64,000 nt of DNA, taken from contig CAVQKB010000004.1 in NCBI GenBank assembly GCA_963713035.1, positions 65,419 through 129,418 of the forward strand. The letters run 5' to 3'. The position numbers were made by a program, and so were the translations under genes. The notes under the pieces are model-generated. The model did not search any database. It was not told where the DNA came from and worked only from the letters and a program-made list of their open reading frames with translations. Source of the DNA: an uncultured Actinomycetota bacterium (GTDB lineage: Bacteria > Actinomycetota > Actinomycetes > Propionibacteriales > Nocardioidaceae). Within the stretch, counting starts at the first letter, position 1; every line of letters starts with the position of its first letter. Positions 52,356 to 61,797 of the stretch are shown here, piece after piece.

Positions 52356-55300
52356 CGGGCAGGACCCGCAGCGCGAGCGACCCGCCGGTGACCGCGACCC
52401 CGATGTCGTCGGCGGTGTCCGTGGTGCCGCGGGTGTCGCCCAGGAACAGGCCGAGCCCGGTGCCGGTGACGGTCAGGACGCCGTCGGCGCGTCCGACCGT
52501 GAGGCTGCCGCTGATCGTGCCGACCGGCGTGACGAGGCGGGCGTCCGTGGCGCTGAGCGAGAAGGTGCCGAGCCGGCTGTCGACCGTGAGGGTGCCACGA
52601 CCGGTCAGCGTGACCCCTGTGACGGCGTCGGGCAGGCGGAGCGCGACGGTGCCGCTGCCGGCGTACGAGCCGTCGCCCCGCAGAGTCAGCGTGCCGGTGT
52701 CGCTGCCGGAGGTCACCGTGATCGTCACGATGCGGGTGGCGCCCGTACCCGACGCGCTGATCGCGACCGAGCCGGACAGCGAGAGCAGCCCGTCGATCGA
52801 GAGGGTCGCGGTGCCGGAGCCCGTGCTGAAGGAGTACGACGGGGTGGTGGCGGTCGTGTCGACGGCGAGGGCGAAGGACGACGCGCTCACGGTCAGCCCC
52901 GGCACGCCGGAGAGCGCGATGCTGCCGGTGGCGGAGCCGACCACTCCTGCGTCGGTGACCGTGAAGCTGCCGCCCGTGCTGGTCAGCGTGACGGTCGCGG
53001 CTCCGGCCGACAGCGTCGCGGAGAGCGCGGTCCAGGTCAGCGTGCGACCTGTGGTGGCAGCGGGCTCGAGGACGAACGACCCGGACAGGGTGCCGAACCC
53101 GCCGACCGTGACCGCCCCGGTCAGCGCGAGCCGGGCGAGCACCACGCTGCCGGACGCGGCGGTGATCGTGCCGGTGCCCGAGGTGACGGCGAGGGTGGCG
53201 CCACCGAGGTCCAGCGAACCGGTCAGGGCGGAGACTCCGAGCGACACCTGGGCGCCGGCGAGCGTGGCGGCGTAGGTCGCGGTCAGGGTGCCGAGCGTGC
53301 CGAGGGCGAGCGTGCCGGTGCCGGACACCCGGAAGACCTTGGCGAGCGGGTCGGTGGTGTCCACGGTGACCGCGAAGCCGGTGCCCGTGAACGAGACACC
53401 CGTGACGCCCGTCAGCGCGACGGACCCGGTCGCGCTGCCGACCACCGTGCCGTCGGCCACGGTGAAGGCGCCGTCGGTGCTGGTGACCGTCAGCTTGGTG
53501 GCGGTGGTGCCGAGGCTCGCGACCAGCGCGGTCCACGTCATCGTCGTGACGCCTGCCGACTGCGTGAGCGAGAGCGACCCGGCCAGCGCGCCGAGCCCGG
53601 CGACGTCGACCGTGCCGGTCACGTTGACCGCGTCGAGCGACACGGCGGAGCCGCTCACCGTCAACGCACCACTCAGGGTAGTGACCGACACGCTGGCTCC
53701 TCCCAGCGCCAGCGTGCCGGTCAGTCCCGAGGCGGTGAGGGCGAGGGTGTCGCCCGACCGAGTGAGGGTGAAGCCCCCGGACAGCGACCCGAGGGTGCCC
53801 ATCTGCAGGGTGATGGCGCCGGTACCCGTCAGCGATCCGGTCTCGGTGGCGGCGATCGTCTGCGCGCCGTCGGCGAGGGTCATCGTGACGGCCCCCCCGG
53901 TCTCGTTGTAGGCCAGCCGCCAGGTGCCGCCGCTGACCGAGACGCCACTGCCGACGCCGGCCAGGCTGACGGTGCCGCTGGCAACGAACGCCACGACCGG
54001 GTCGGCGGTGCCGGTGCGTCGCAGCACCAGCCCGATCGAGCCGGAGAGAACCGCGCGGGCGCCGGTGGCGGAGCCGACGGTCGCCGTGACGCCGGACGCG
54101 GTGAAGGTGACCTGGCGGGTGGTCGTGCCGTCGTGGGTCGAGGTCAGCGTCAGGCTGCCGGCGGCGACGCTCACCAGGTCACCGAGTGTCAGTGCGGCGC
54201 CGGAGAGCCCGATGGTCAGGTTGCCGCGGTCGGCCGCGCTGTTGCTCAGTACGTAGCTGATCGACGGGCTCGTGGCCGTGAGCACGCCGGGGATGCCGAC
54301 GGAGGCGGCGGTGACGGTGACCGTGCCGGTGAAGGTCGTCTTGTTCGTGCCGACGCCCATGTTCGACAGCGTGATGGTCGGGTTGACCACGAGGACCACG
54401 CCGCCGACGGTGTAGGTGCCGGTCTTGGTCACGGTCACCGACGTCGGCGTGGTGCCCGCCGCGACGTCCGCGAGCAGCTGCGCGATGGTGGCGAGCAGGT
54501 CGGGGTCGTCGGTGGCCACGACGTAGGCGCTGAAGTGCGGCAGGTCGGCCGACACGGTGCGGCCCGAGGCGGCCGAGTCGATCTGCTCGGTGCGACCGGA
54601 CGGGTCGACGTACCAGATGCTCGAGCCGGCCGGGGCGCTGGTGAGCGAGACGCTCAACCGGGGCGCCGTCACGAAGGTGTGGATCTCCTCGCCCGTGACC
54701 GCGTCGTAGGCGAACAGGTCGAACACGTCGGAGACGGTGATCAGGCCGGTCACGGCCCGGCGCTGGGCGGTGACGAGGATCCAGGCGTCGGCGGGCAGCG
54801 AGCCCGGCGCGAACGTGAGGGTCACGGCGCCGAGGCGGACGGTGCCACCGGTGGCGGCGGAGACGAGGACGGCGCCTGCAGGCGGCGAGAAGGCCGGCTT
54901 CTGCGGGACCAGGACGAGGGTGGTGCGGCCGTCCGAGGTGGTGCTGGTGGTGCGGCTGACGGTGTTCAGGGCCAGGGAGCCCGGGGTGGAGACGAGGGCG
55001 GAGAAGCGCTCCTCGACCGGTGGCCCGCGGCCCGCCCGGACCAGCACGTCGCCGGCGGCGTGCGTCTCGCGGGAGATCGCGGCACGCACGGCGGCGGTGG
55101 CCAGGTTGAGCGCGGCGGACGGTCCGGTGGACCCGGCGGAACCGCCGGCCCCGGTGCCGGCCTGGGCGACCGAGACGACAGTGGACTGGGCGGGCAGGCT
55201 CAGCGCGCCCAGGATGCTGGCGGGCACGCCCTCGGGGATCTCGGCACCGACATTGACCAGGGCCAGCGTCAGGGCGACGGACCGGACAGGGCCACCTGCG

Positions 55301-58300
55301 GTGGCGGGCAGGGTGCCGAGGCCGGTGCTCGGCAGGCCCGCGGCAGTGGCGATGGCATCCACCAGGGTGCGGGCGGCCGCGAGCACGTCGCCGACCACGA
55401 CCGTGGGCCCGCCGGCCACCGGGGCGGTGCGGCTCACGGAGGTCGAGGTGCCGGTGGCCGCGATGGTCGCCGACCCACCGACGGCCAGGCCGCGGTCGCT
55501 GCGAGCGAGCACGTCGTGGCGGGAGAGGGTCAGCGCCAGCAGGGCGGCGGACGAGCGGGCGACCGCCCGCTGGTCGGCGGTGAGCCGGAGGTCGCCGGAG
55601 AGCCCCAGCACTCCCCCGGCCTCGAGGACCGAGCGGGTGGTGACCACGGCCAGCGTGACCGCCGCGCCGGAGGCGTTTCCGGTGCTGCTCGAGGAGGAGC
55701 TGTCGCCGGCGCTGCTCGCGACCCGCAGGCTGCGCACCCCGACCAGGTCGGATCCTTCGCCGAGGCGGCTGTCGGTGGTGTGGTCGACGGCGAGCACGGC
55801 CAGCGACGGGGCCGGACCGCCGGCCTTGACGTCCGCGTCGTTGCGCGAGGTGGCGGAGAACGAGAGGTCGGTGGGGTCGAGCGCGGTCAGCCGGGTGGCC
55901 GCGGTGAGACGTGCGGCGGTGACGATCCGGGCCAGCCCGACGGCCAGGGCCCCCGTGCTTCCGGCCCCGGACCGAGCCTCGACGGCGGTGCTGGAACCGG
56001 TCGTGGTCGCGTCCACCGCGAGGCCCGGCACATCCAGGTCGAGGAGGCCGGCGAGGAAGGCGCGGACAGCCTGGTCGGTCTGGGCGATCGCCACGGCGGC
56101 GCCGGGACCACCGGAGCGGCCGGTGTCCGCGAGGACGTCGACGACGGATCCGCCGTCCGCGCTGACCGTGGAGCCGATCGCGGTGCGGACGGCGAGGCTG
56201 CGGCCGGCGGCGCCGAGCAGCGACTCGGTCAGGGCGACCAGCCGGACGAAGCCGAGCGCCGCGGCGACGGGCACGACGCCGGCCGTCGTCAGCGCGGTGC
56301 CGCCGGTCAGCTCGGCGGGGGTGACGTCGTTGCGGACCGCGCCGTTGGCGCTACCGGTGGACCGGACCAGGACGCGGCCGGTGGCCTTGGACCGGACCTC
56401 GAGCTGGGCGGCGTCGATGCGGCCGCTCGGGTCGACGACGGCGCGGGTGGTGCGGGCGAGCCGGACCCGGCCGATGCCGGCCCCGCCACGGGCACCGGCG
56501 GCGTCCGCGGTGACCGTGGCGTCGGTGTGGTTCAGGGCGCGGACCGCGACCTGACCCCCGGCCTGCACCGAGCTGTGCCCGGTGAGGATCGCGATCGCCG
56601 TGCTGGTGAGGTCGAGGGCCGCAGTGGCGGCGTCGCGGGCCGGGTCGGTGTGCAGCGCGGTGGCGATCGCCTCGGCGACGCCCACCATGGTGGAGGCCGC
56701 GGAAAGGGTCACGCCTCCGGCTGCAACGAGGTGGGAGTCGGTGACCTGAACGGTCGCGGACGACGATCCGGTGACAGCGGCGTGCGGACCGACGACGGCG
56801 ACGTTCGCCGACGACTCGGCCGACAGCACCAGGGTGCCGCCCCGAAGCGTGGCACCGGTGACGGAGACGGAGGCACTGGCGTCGGAGCGGCCGCCGCTGG
56901 CGGAGTCGCTCGCCTGCAGCACGAGGTCGCCGGTGCCGGTGTCCACGCTGGTGCCAGGGGTGACGACGATGTTGCGGGCCTTGAGGACCAGGTCGCCGTC
57001 GTGGCCGGTCCAGCGGAGCTGTCCGGTGACGGTGAGGGATCCGCCGGTCGCCTCGAGCAGCCCCGCGATCAGCGGGGCGCCGAGCGACAGCACCGCCCGC
57101 GAGAGCAGGCTGCTGACAAGCAGTCGACCGGTCAGGTCGTCGCCGGTCAGCACGAGCTGCTGACCGCGGACGGTGACCGAGCGTGGCTTCAGGTCGAGGA
57201 AGGACTCGATGTTCGAGGTGCGGATCTGGACGCCACCGCGGATCAGGACCAGGTTGCCGTCGGCGTCGGTGGCGTACGACGAGTCGGCCTCGCCCGATGC
57301 CACCGCGACCGCGTCGTGGCCCGCGCCACCGTCGACGTCGACGACCACGTCGTCGGCGCCACCGGTCAGGTCGACGGTCACGTCGTCGTCACCGGCACCA
57401 CCGCGGACCGAGAGCAGCGAGATGCCCGTCAGGTCGACCGAGGTGCTGGTGCCGTTGGCGGCCGTGAAGGTCAGGACCCGGGAACCGTCGGTGTAGCGCA
57501 GGGTGCCGCGCAGCCGCTGGCCTTCGGGGATGCGCAGGGTGGCGACTCCACCCGAGACGACCCAGGAGGCGCCGCCGGCGGACTCGCCGCGACCGTCGCC
57601 GCTCTGCACGTCACCCCGGGGGGCTGCGCCGTTGCCGGCTTGGGTCGTGCCGTTGCCGGTCTCGGTGCCGGTCGCACCGTGGTCGCCGGCAGGGGCGGTG
57701 GTCCCGGTGTTCGGGGCGGTCGCGGGCTGCTGGGCAGGGTCGGTGGCCGGGGCTGCGTCGGTCGGGGTGGTCGCGTCCTCCGCGGCTGCGGGCTTCTCGG
57801 GCTCCGGCGCGGCTGGCAGGTCAGCGGAGGCGACGGACCGGGTCTCGCCGGCCGCCAGGGTCTCGGCCATCAGCCCGGAGCCGGTGTGCTCGAGACCGAG
57901 GGTGTGGCCGATCTCGTGACGCACGACGGTCAGCAGGTCCATGTGCGGGCCGGGACCGCCGATGACGTCCCAGCCCCAACCGGCGGCGTCGTCGTCGATG
58001 GTGATCGAGCTGCCACCGCTCTGACCGAGGCTCAGTCCGCCGAGGTCGGCGACTCCGGCGGAGATCGCCCCGACGTCGGCGCCGCGGGCGGCCCACTCGG
58101 ACTTGGCCTGCGCTACGGCGGCGGCCAGCTGGCCCTCGCCCAGGGTGTCGCCCGTGGAGCTGGGTGTCTCCGGGGCTGCGGAGGCGGTCATCGCCTGCGT
58201 GCCGGTGCCCGTGCCGGTGCCGGTCCCGGTCCCGGTCCCGGTGCCGGCACCGGTGCCCGACGTGGGGCCGCTGCCCGACACCGGGCCGGTGCCGCCGGAG

Positions 58301-58938
58301 CCGGTGTCGTCGAGCGGGCAGGAGATCGAGGCCTGCTGGCCGTTGGTGCCGCCGACCGTCTTGCAGCTGCTCGTCGAGAGCGCCTTGGCGAGCGCCTCGA
58401 GGGCCTCGCGCAACCGACGGTTCGCCTCTGCCTGGGCGGCGAGCGCGCGACGGCGCGCCATCAAGACGTTGGCCTGCTGGAGCTGGCGCTGCTGCGCCTG
58501 CAGCGCGATTCCGCGCTCCTGGGGGGACATGGTCTTGCTGGCCTGGAGGGCCTGAGTGTTGTCCAGCTGGGCCTGCTGCTGGGCGCGCTGCAGGACCTGG
58601 GCCCGTTGCATCGAGCGGAGCTGCCGCTGCTGGGCAGCCAGCAGCTCGGCGAGCCGCTTGCGTGCCTGTTGACGCGAGCCGGCGACGACCACGAGCGGCT
58701 CATCCCGCAGCAGCGGCTCGACGGCGTCGGAGCCGGCGGCGGGATCCGAGGCGGGCGCGGGGGCCGTGCGGGAGGTCGGCGCGGAGGGGACGGCGGCGTC
58801 GGCCGGAGCTGCGACGGTGACCAGCAACCCGGCCATCATGCTGAACGCGGCCATCAGCGCGGTGGTGCTGCGGGCACGACGAGAACGCAGCCAGGCGTGC
58901 ACGGCTGTCGCCGCGACGCTGAGCGCGCGCAATCTCAT
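52296..58938 (-). CDS. Giant protein, intact N-terminal block (~2,214 aa): signal peptide, Q-rich coiled coil, (GT)n linker, metzincin-like module, P/T/A linker, long G/T/S/A/V-rich beta-solenoid-like region
   Basis: This is the real part of track ORF 50803..59037. 'MRLRALSVAATAVHAWLRSRRARSTTALMAAFSMMAGLLVTVAAPADA' is the signal peptide. Translation becomes Arg/Pro junk after '...RLTGADAAVVGVSS' (~52295), and the sequence continues in the frame of ORF 50565..52355. Confidence 0.85.
57886..57918 (-). other. Metzincin-type zinc-binding motif HEIGHTLGLEH (module 1, N-terminal)
   Basis: Minus-strand codons cac gag atc ggc cac acc ctc ggt ctc gag cac. Context 'ITIDDDAAGWGWDVIGGPGPHMDLLTVVRHEIGHTLGLEHTGSGLMAE'. 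Confidence 0.8.
58198..58263 (-). repeat. Hexanucleotide (GGY-ACC)n microsatellite encoding a (Gly-Thr)n linker
   Basis: The plus strand reads ggtgcc/cgtgcc/ggtgcc/ggtccc x3/ggtgcc/ggcacc/ggtgcc. It translates to 'SGTGAGTGTGTGTGTGTGTGT'. Confidence 0.9.
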
Positions 58939-59029
58939 GAAATCCCCGGAATCGATGCCGTGGCAGGTCCCCAACCATCCGCTGCTCCATCGGCTCGTCG
59001 ATCCTTCCGTGGCGGGCGCTGGCGCAACA

Positions 59030-59045
59030 TGACCCAAAAGGGTCA
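59030..59045. promoter_or_regulatory. Perfect palindrome TGACCC-AAAA-GGGTCA in the divergent intergenic region (candidate operator)
   Basis: It is centred about 95 bp from both the giant-gene ATG (58938) and the LigD-pol ATG (59142), inside the only locally AT-richer stretch of the window (59030-59140). Confidence 0.3.
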
Positions 59046-59141
59046 GATTCCACTATTCAGGTGCTACGTCGGAGGCCGACTGTGACTAGGTCTTCGCGCG
59101 TGGAATGACTACCTACTCGTGGGTTCGACTATTTTCTCGTC

Positions 59142-60107
59142 ATGGCCGCGCCGCAGAAGTCACCCGCCGTCGAGCTCGAGATCGACGACCGCGTCGTCCG
59201 GGTGAGCAACCCCGACCGGGTCTACTTCCCGGCCCGCGGCGAGACCAAGCTGGACCTCGCGCACTACTACCTGGCCGTCGGCGCGGGGATCGTCAACGCG
59301 CTGCGCGAGCGGCCCTGCATGCTGCACCGGTTCCCCACCGGGGTCGGCGGCGACAAGGTCCACCAGAAGCGCCTCCCGCACGGTGCGCCGCCCTGGATGG
59401 AGACGGTGCGGGTGCACTTCCCGCGGTGGAACCGGACCGCCGACGAGCTGTGCGTCAGCGAGGTCGCGCACGTGATCTGGGCGGTCCAGATGTCCACGGT
59501 GGAGTTCCACCCCTGGAACAGCCGACGGGCCGACACGGAGCGCCCCGACGAGTGGCGCATCGACCTCGACCCGGGCGATGAGTGCGACTACGCGACGGTC
59601 CGGCGGGTGAGCCACGTGGTGCACGAGGTGCTCGACGAGCTCGGGGCGACCGGGTTCCCCAAGACCTCCGGCGGGTCCGGCCTGCACGTCTACGTGCGGA
59701 TCCCGCCGGAGCACGGCTTCCCCGACGTACGGCGGGCCGCACTGGCGTTCGCGCGCGAGGTGGAGCGTCGTACGGACGACGTGACGACCACCTGGTGGCG
59801 CAAGGACCGCGATCCCACGAAGCTGTTCGTGGACTACAACCAGAACGCCCGGGACCACACGATCGCGGCCGCCTACTCCGTCCGCGGGAACCCGGAGGCG
59901 ACCGTGTCGACGCCCCTGCGCTGGAACGAGATCGACGACGCCGAGCCGCACGACTTCACCATCGCCACGGTGCCGCAGCGGTTCGCCGAGCTCGGGGACC
60001 TGCACGCCGGCATCGACGAGGAGGTCTTCGACCTCGCTCCCCTGCTGGACTGGGCGGCCCGGGACGAGCGCGCCGGCGCCACGGTGCCGGACCTCCCCGT
60101 TGAGTAG
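59142..60107 (+). CDS. Stand-alone LigD-type polymerase/primase domain protein (archaeo-eukaryotic primase fold, NHEJ PolDom-like)
   Basis: 321 aa. 'VSNPDRVYFP', 'FPTGVGGDKVHQKR', 'RIDLDP', 'PKTSGGSGLHVYVRIP', 'VDYNQNARDHTIAAAYSVR', matching LigD PolDom catalytic blocks. There is no ligase or Ku gene in the window. Confidence 0.85.
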   Translation: MAAPQKSPAVELEIDDRVVRVSNPDRVYFPARGETKLDLAHYYLAVGAGIVNALRERPCMLHRFPTGVGGDKVHQKRLPHGAPPWMETVRVHFPRWNRTADELCVSEVAHVIWAVQMSTVEFHPWNSRRADTERPDEWRIDLDPGDECDYATVRRVSHVVHEVLDELGATGFPKTSGGSGLHVYVRIPPEHGFPDVRRAALAFAREVERRTDDVTTTWWRKDRDPTKLFVDYNQNARDHTIAAAYSVRGNPEATVSTPLRWNEIDDAEPHDFTIATVPQRFAELGDLHAGIDEEVFDLAPLLDWAARDERAGATVPDLPVE

Positions 60108-60186
60108 GCACTCGCGCCCCGTTGAGTAGGCACTCGCGCCCCGTTCAATAGGCACTCGTGCCCCGTTCAGTAGGCACTCGTGCCCC
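60095..60186. repeat. Tandem repeat, 4 x 22 bp (CCCCGTTSARTAGGCACTCGYG), spanning the LigD-pol stop codon
   Basis: Units at 60095, 60117, 60139 and 60161. Units 3-4 contain the palindromic core GGCAC-TC-GTGCC. The first unit contributes the TAG stop at 60105-60107. Confidence 0.9.
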
Positions 60187-60291
60187 GGCACCCGGCAGTC
60201 GGGGTGTGTAGAGGTCAGATCGCGAGATGTCCCTTGTGGGTAACGGGATCCGCTCTACCGAGTGTCGGTGACCTACGCTAGAATCGAACAC

Positions 60292-61782
60292 ATGTTCGAC
60301 ACCTCTTGGGTTGCTGACCTCGACGCCGACACGGCGTGCGAAGCGGTCCGCGCAACCCAGGACAGGTTGCGAGAACAGGAGTGGCGCGAGCTGGTGCTGG
60401 CCGCGCACTGGGCCGACCTGCACCCCGCCCCGTTGACCTACGACCCCCACGACTCACACGAGCCCGTCAGCCCCTGCACGCACGCGGGGCGGCGGGGGCG
60501 GAGCGGTCGGTGCGGGCCGGGGGCGAGGGCACCCCGCAGATCACCGAGTTCGCGTGCGCCGAGCTGGGCCTGCTGATGGGCGTCGGCCCACTCACCGCAC
60601 AGTCCCTGGTGCGGGACGCGGTCGACCTGCGCCACCGCCACCCGGCCCTGTGGACCCTGCTCGGCTCCGGCAACGGCCGCGTGTGGAAAGCCCGCCAGGT
60701 CGCCAGACTCACCCACGCCGCACGCCTCTCACGTGACCAGGCCCGGTTCGTGGACGCCGCCACCACCCCCTACCTCGACGCGTTGAGCTGGTCGGCGTTC
60801 ACCAACCTGGTCGAGGCCAAGATCATCGAGGCCGACCCCGCCGCCGCCGAAGCCCGCCGACTCGCGGTCGAGCTGGACCGGTTCGTGCGCACCGGCCGCT
60901 CCAGCGAACACGGCATCACCACCCTGGTCGCCCGCGCCAACGCCGGCGAGATCATCTACTTCACCGCCGTCTGCGACCGGATCGCCGCCATCCTGCACCT
61001 CGAGGGCGACACCGACCCGGTCGAGGTCCGCCGCTCCAAAGCACTCGCGATCCTCGCCAACCCCGTCCGCGCCCTGCACCTGCTCGCCCGCCACACCACC
61101 AGCGAACCCCACCCCGACGACCCCGACCGCACCCCCCTCAACACCGACCCCGCCACCCACGACACCCAGATCGACCCCGCCACCCTCGACCTGTCCGCCC
61201 TCGACCCGGAGCGGTTCCGGCCACGAGCGGTGCTGCAACGTCCGGATCAGTGAGCACGCCCTGACCGGCCGGTCCGGTGTCGCCTACGTCGAGGGACTGG
61301 GCTGCCTCACCATCCCCGGCCTGCGCAACCTGCTGGGCCACCACCACGTCACCGTCAGACCAGTGCTGGACCGACAAGGCCAAGTCCCCGTCGAGGCCTA
61401 CGAAGTCCCCGCCGCGATGCGCGAAGCACTCCGCCTGACCCGCCCCACCAGCGTGTTCCCCTGGACCCGCACCGACCACCCCGACCTCGACCACACCCAC
61501 CCCTACACACCCGGTGCAGGCAAACAGACCCGGATCGGCAACCTCGGCCCCCTGGACCGTCACGGACACCGCATCAAGACCCACGGCCACGGCTGGATCC
61601 ACCACCAACCCACCCCCGGCACCTACCTATGGCGCACCCCCCACGGCTACTGGTACCGCGTCGACAACGACGGCACCCACCCCCTCGGACGCGACCCCGA
61701 CCTCACCGCCTACAACCCCGCCCCGATCGTCATCGAGAGGGCGCCGGCACCCGCGGTCCTGGACTACGTCCCTGCGCGGTGA
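60292..61782 (+). pseudogene. DUF222 / HNH endonuclease (13E12-repeat-family type) with at least 2 frameshifts
   Basis: It reads through three frames. Frame 1 gives 'MFDTSWVADLDADTACEAVRATQDRLREQEWRELVLAAHWADLHP' (60292-~60470). Frame 2 gives 'GEGTPQITEFACAELGLLMGVGPLTAQSLVRDAVDLRHRHPALW...' (to ~61235). Frame 3 gives 'HVRISEHALTGR...DLDHTHPY...GNLGPLDRHGHRIKTHGGW' (the HNH motif, to 61782). Confidence 0.8.
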
Positions 61783-61797
61783 ACCCGTTCGGCAGCG

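Larger units (their letters stand above)
17035..58938 (-). pseudogene. Giant modular cell-surface protein gene (~41.9 kb, ~13,900 codons), disrupted in this sequence by many +/-1 frame changes between ~23.05 and ~52.3 kb
   Basis: In every stretch I read or sampled there is a protein-like frame on the minus strand only. Where I traced junctions, the repeat-module consensus continues across each frame break. ATG at 58938 has GGGGA 5 nt upstream and is followed by a signal peptide. Stop TGA at 17035-17037. The ends are intact (52296-58938 and 17035-23050). I found no RBS-plus-start gene boundary at the junctions I checked. Confidence 0.8.

Noticed and set aside
57616-57624. RGD tripeptide ('AAPRGDVQSG') as an integrin-binding motif
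   Set aside because: A single tripeptide inside a low-complexity Gly/Thr/Ala linker is expected by chance in a protein of this size.
17035-58938. NRPS/PKS megasynthase
   Set aside because: There are no adenylation, condensation, KS, AT or carrier-protein core motifs. The content is adhesin-type repeats (FG-GAP, Calx-beta, GGxGxD, Ig-like).
17035-58938. RTX toxin / type I secretion substrate
   Set aside because: The protein has an N-terminal signal peptide and a C-terminal membrane-anchor tail instead of a C-terminal T1SS signal. There are no T1SS genes in the window, and the actinobacterial host is not a classical diderm.
60095-60186. Mini-CRISPR array
   Set aside because: The units are directly abutting with no spacers. 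There are only 4 copies of 22 bp, and no cas genes are present.
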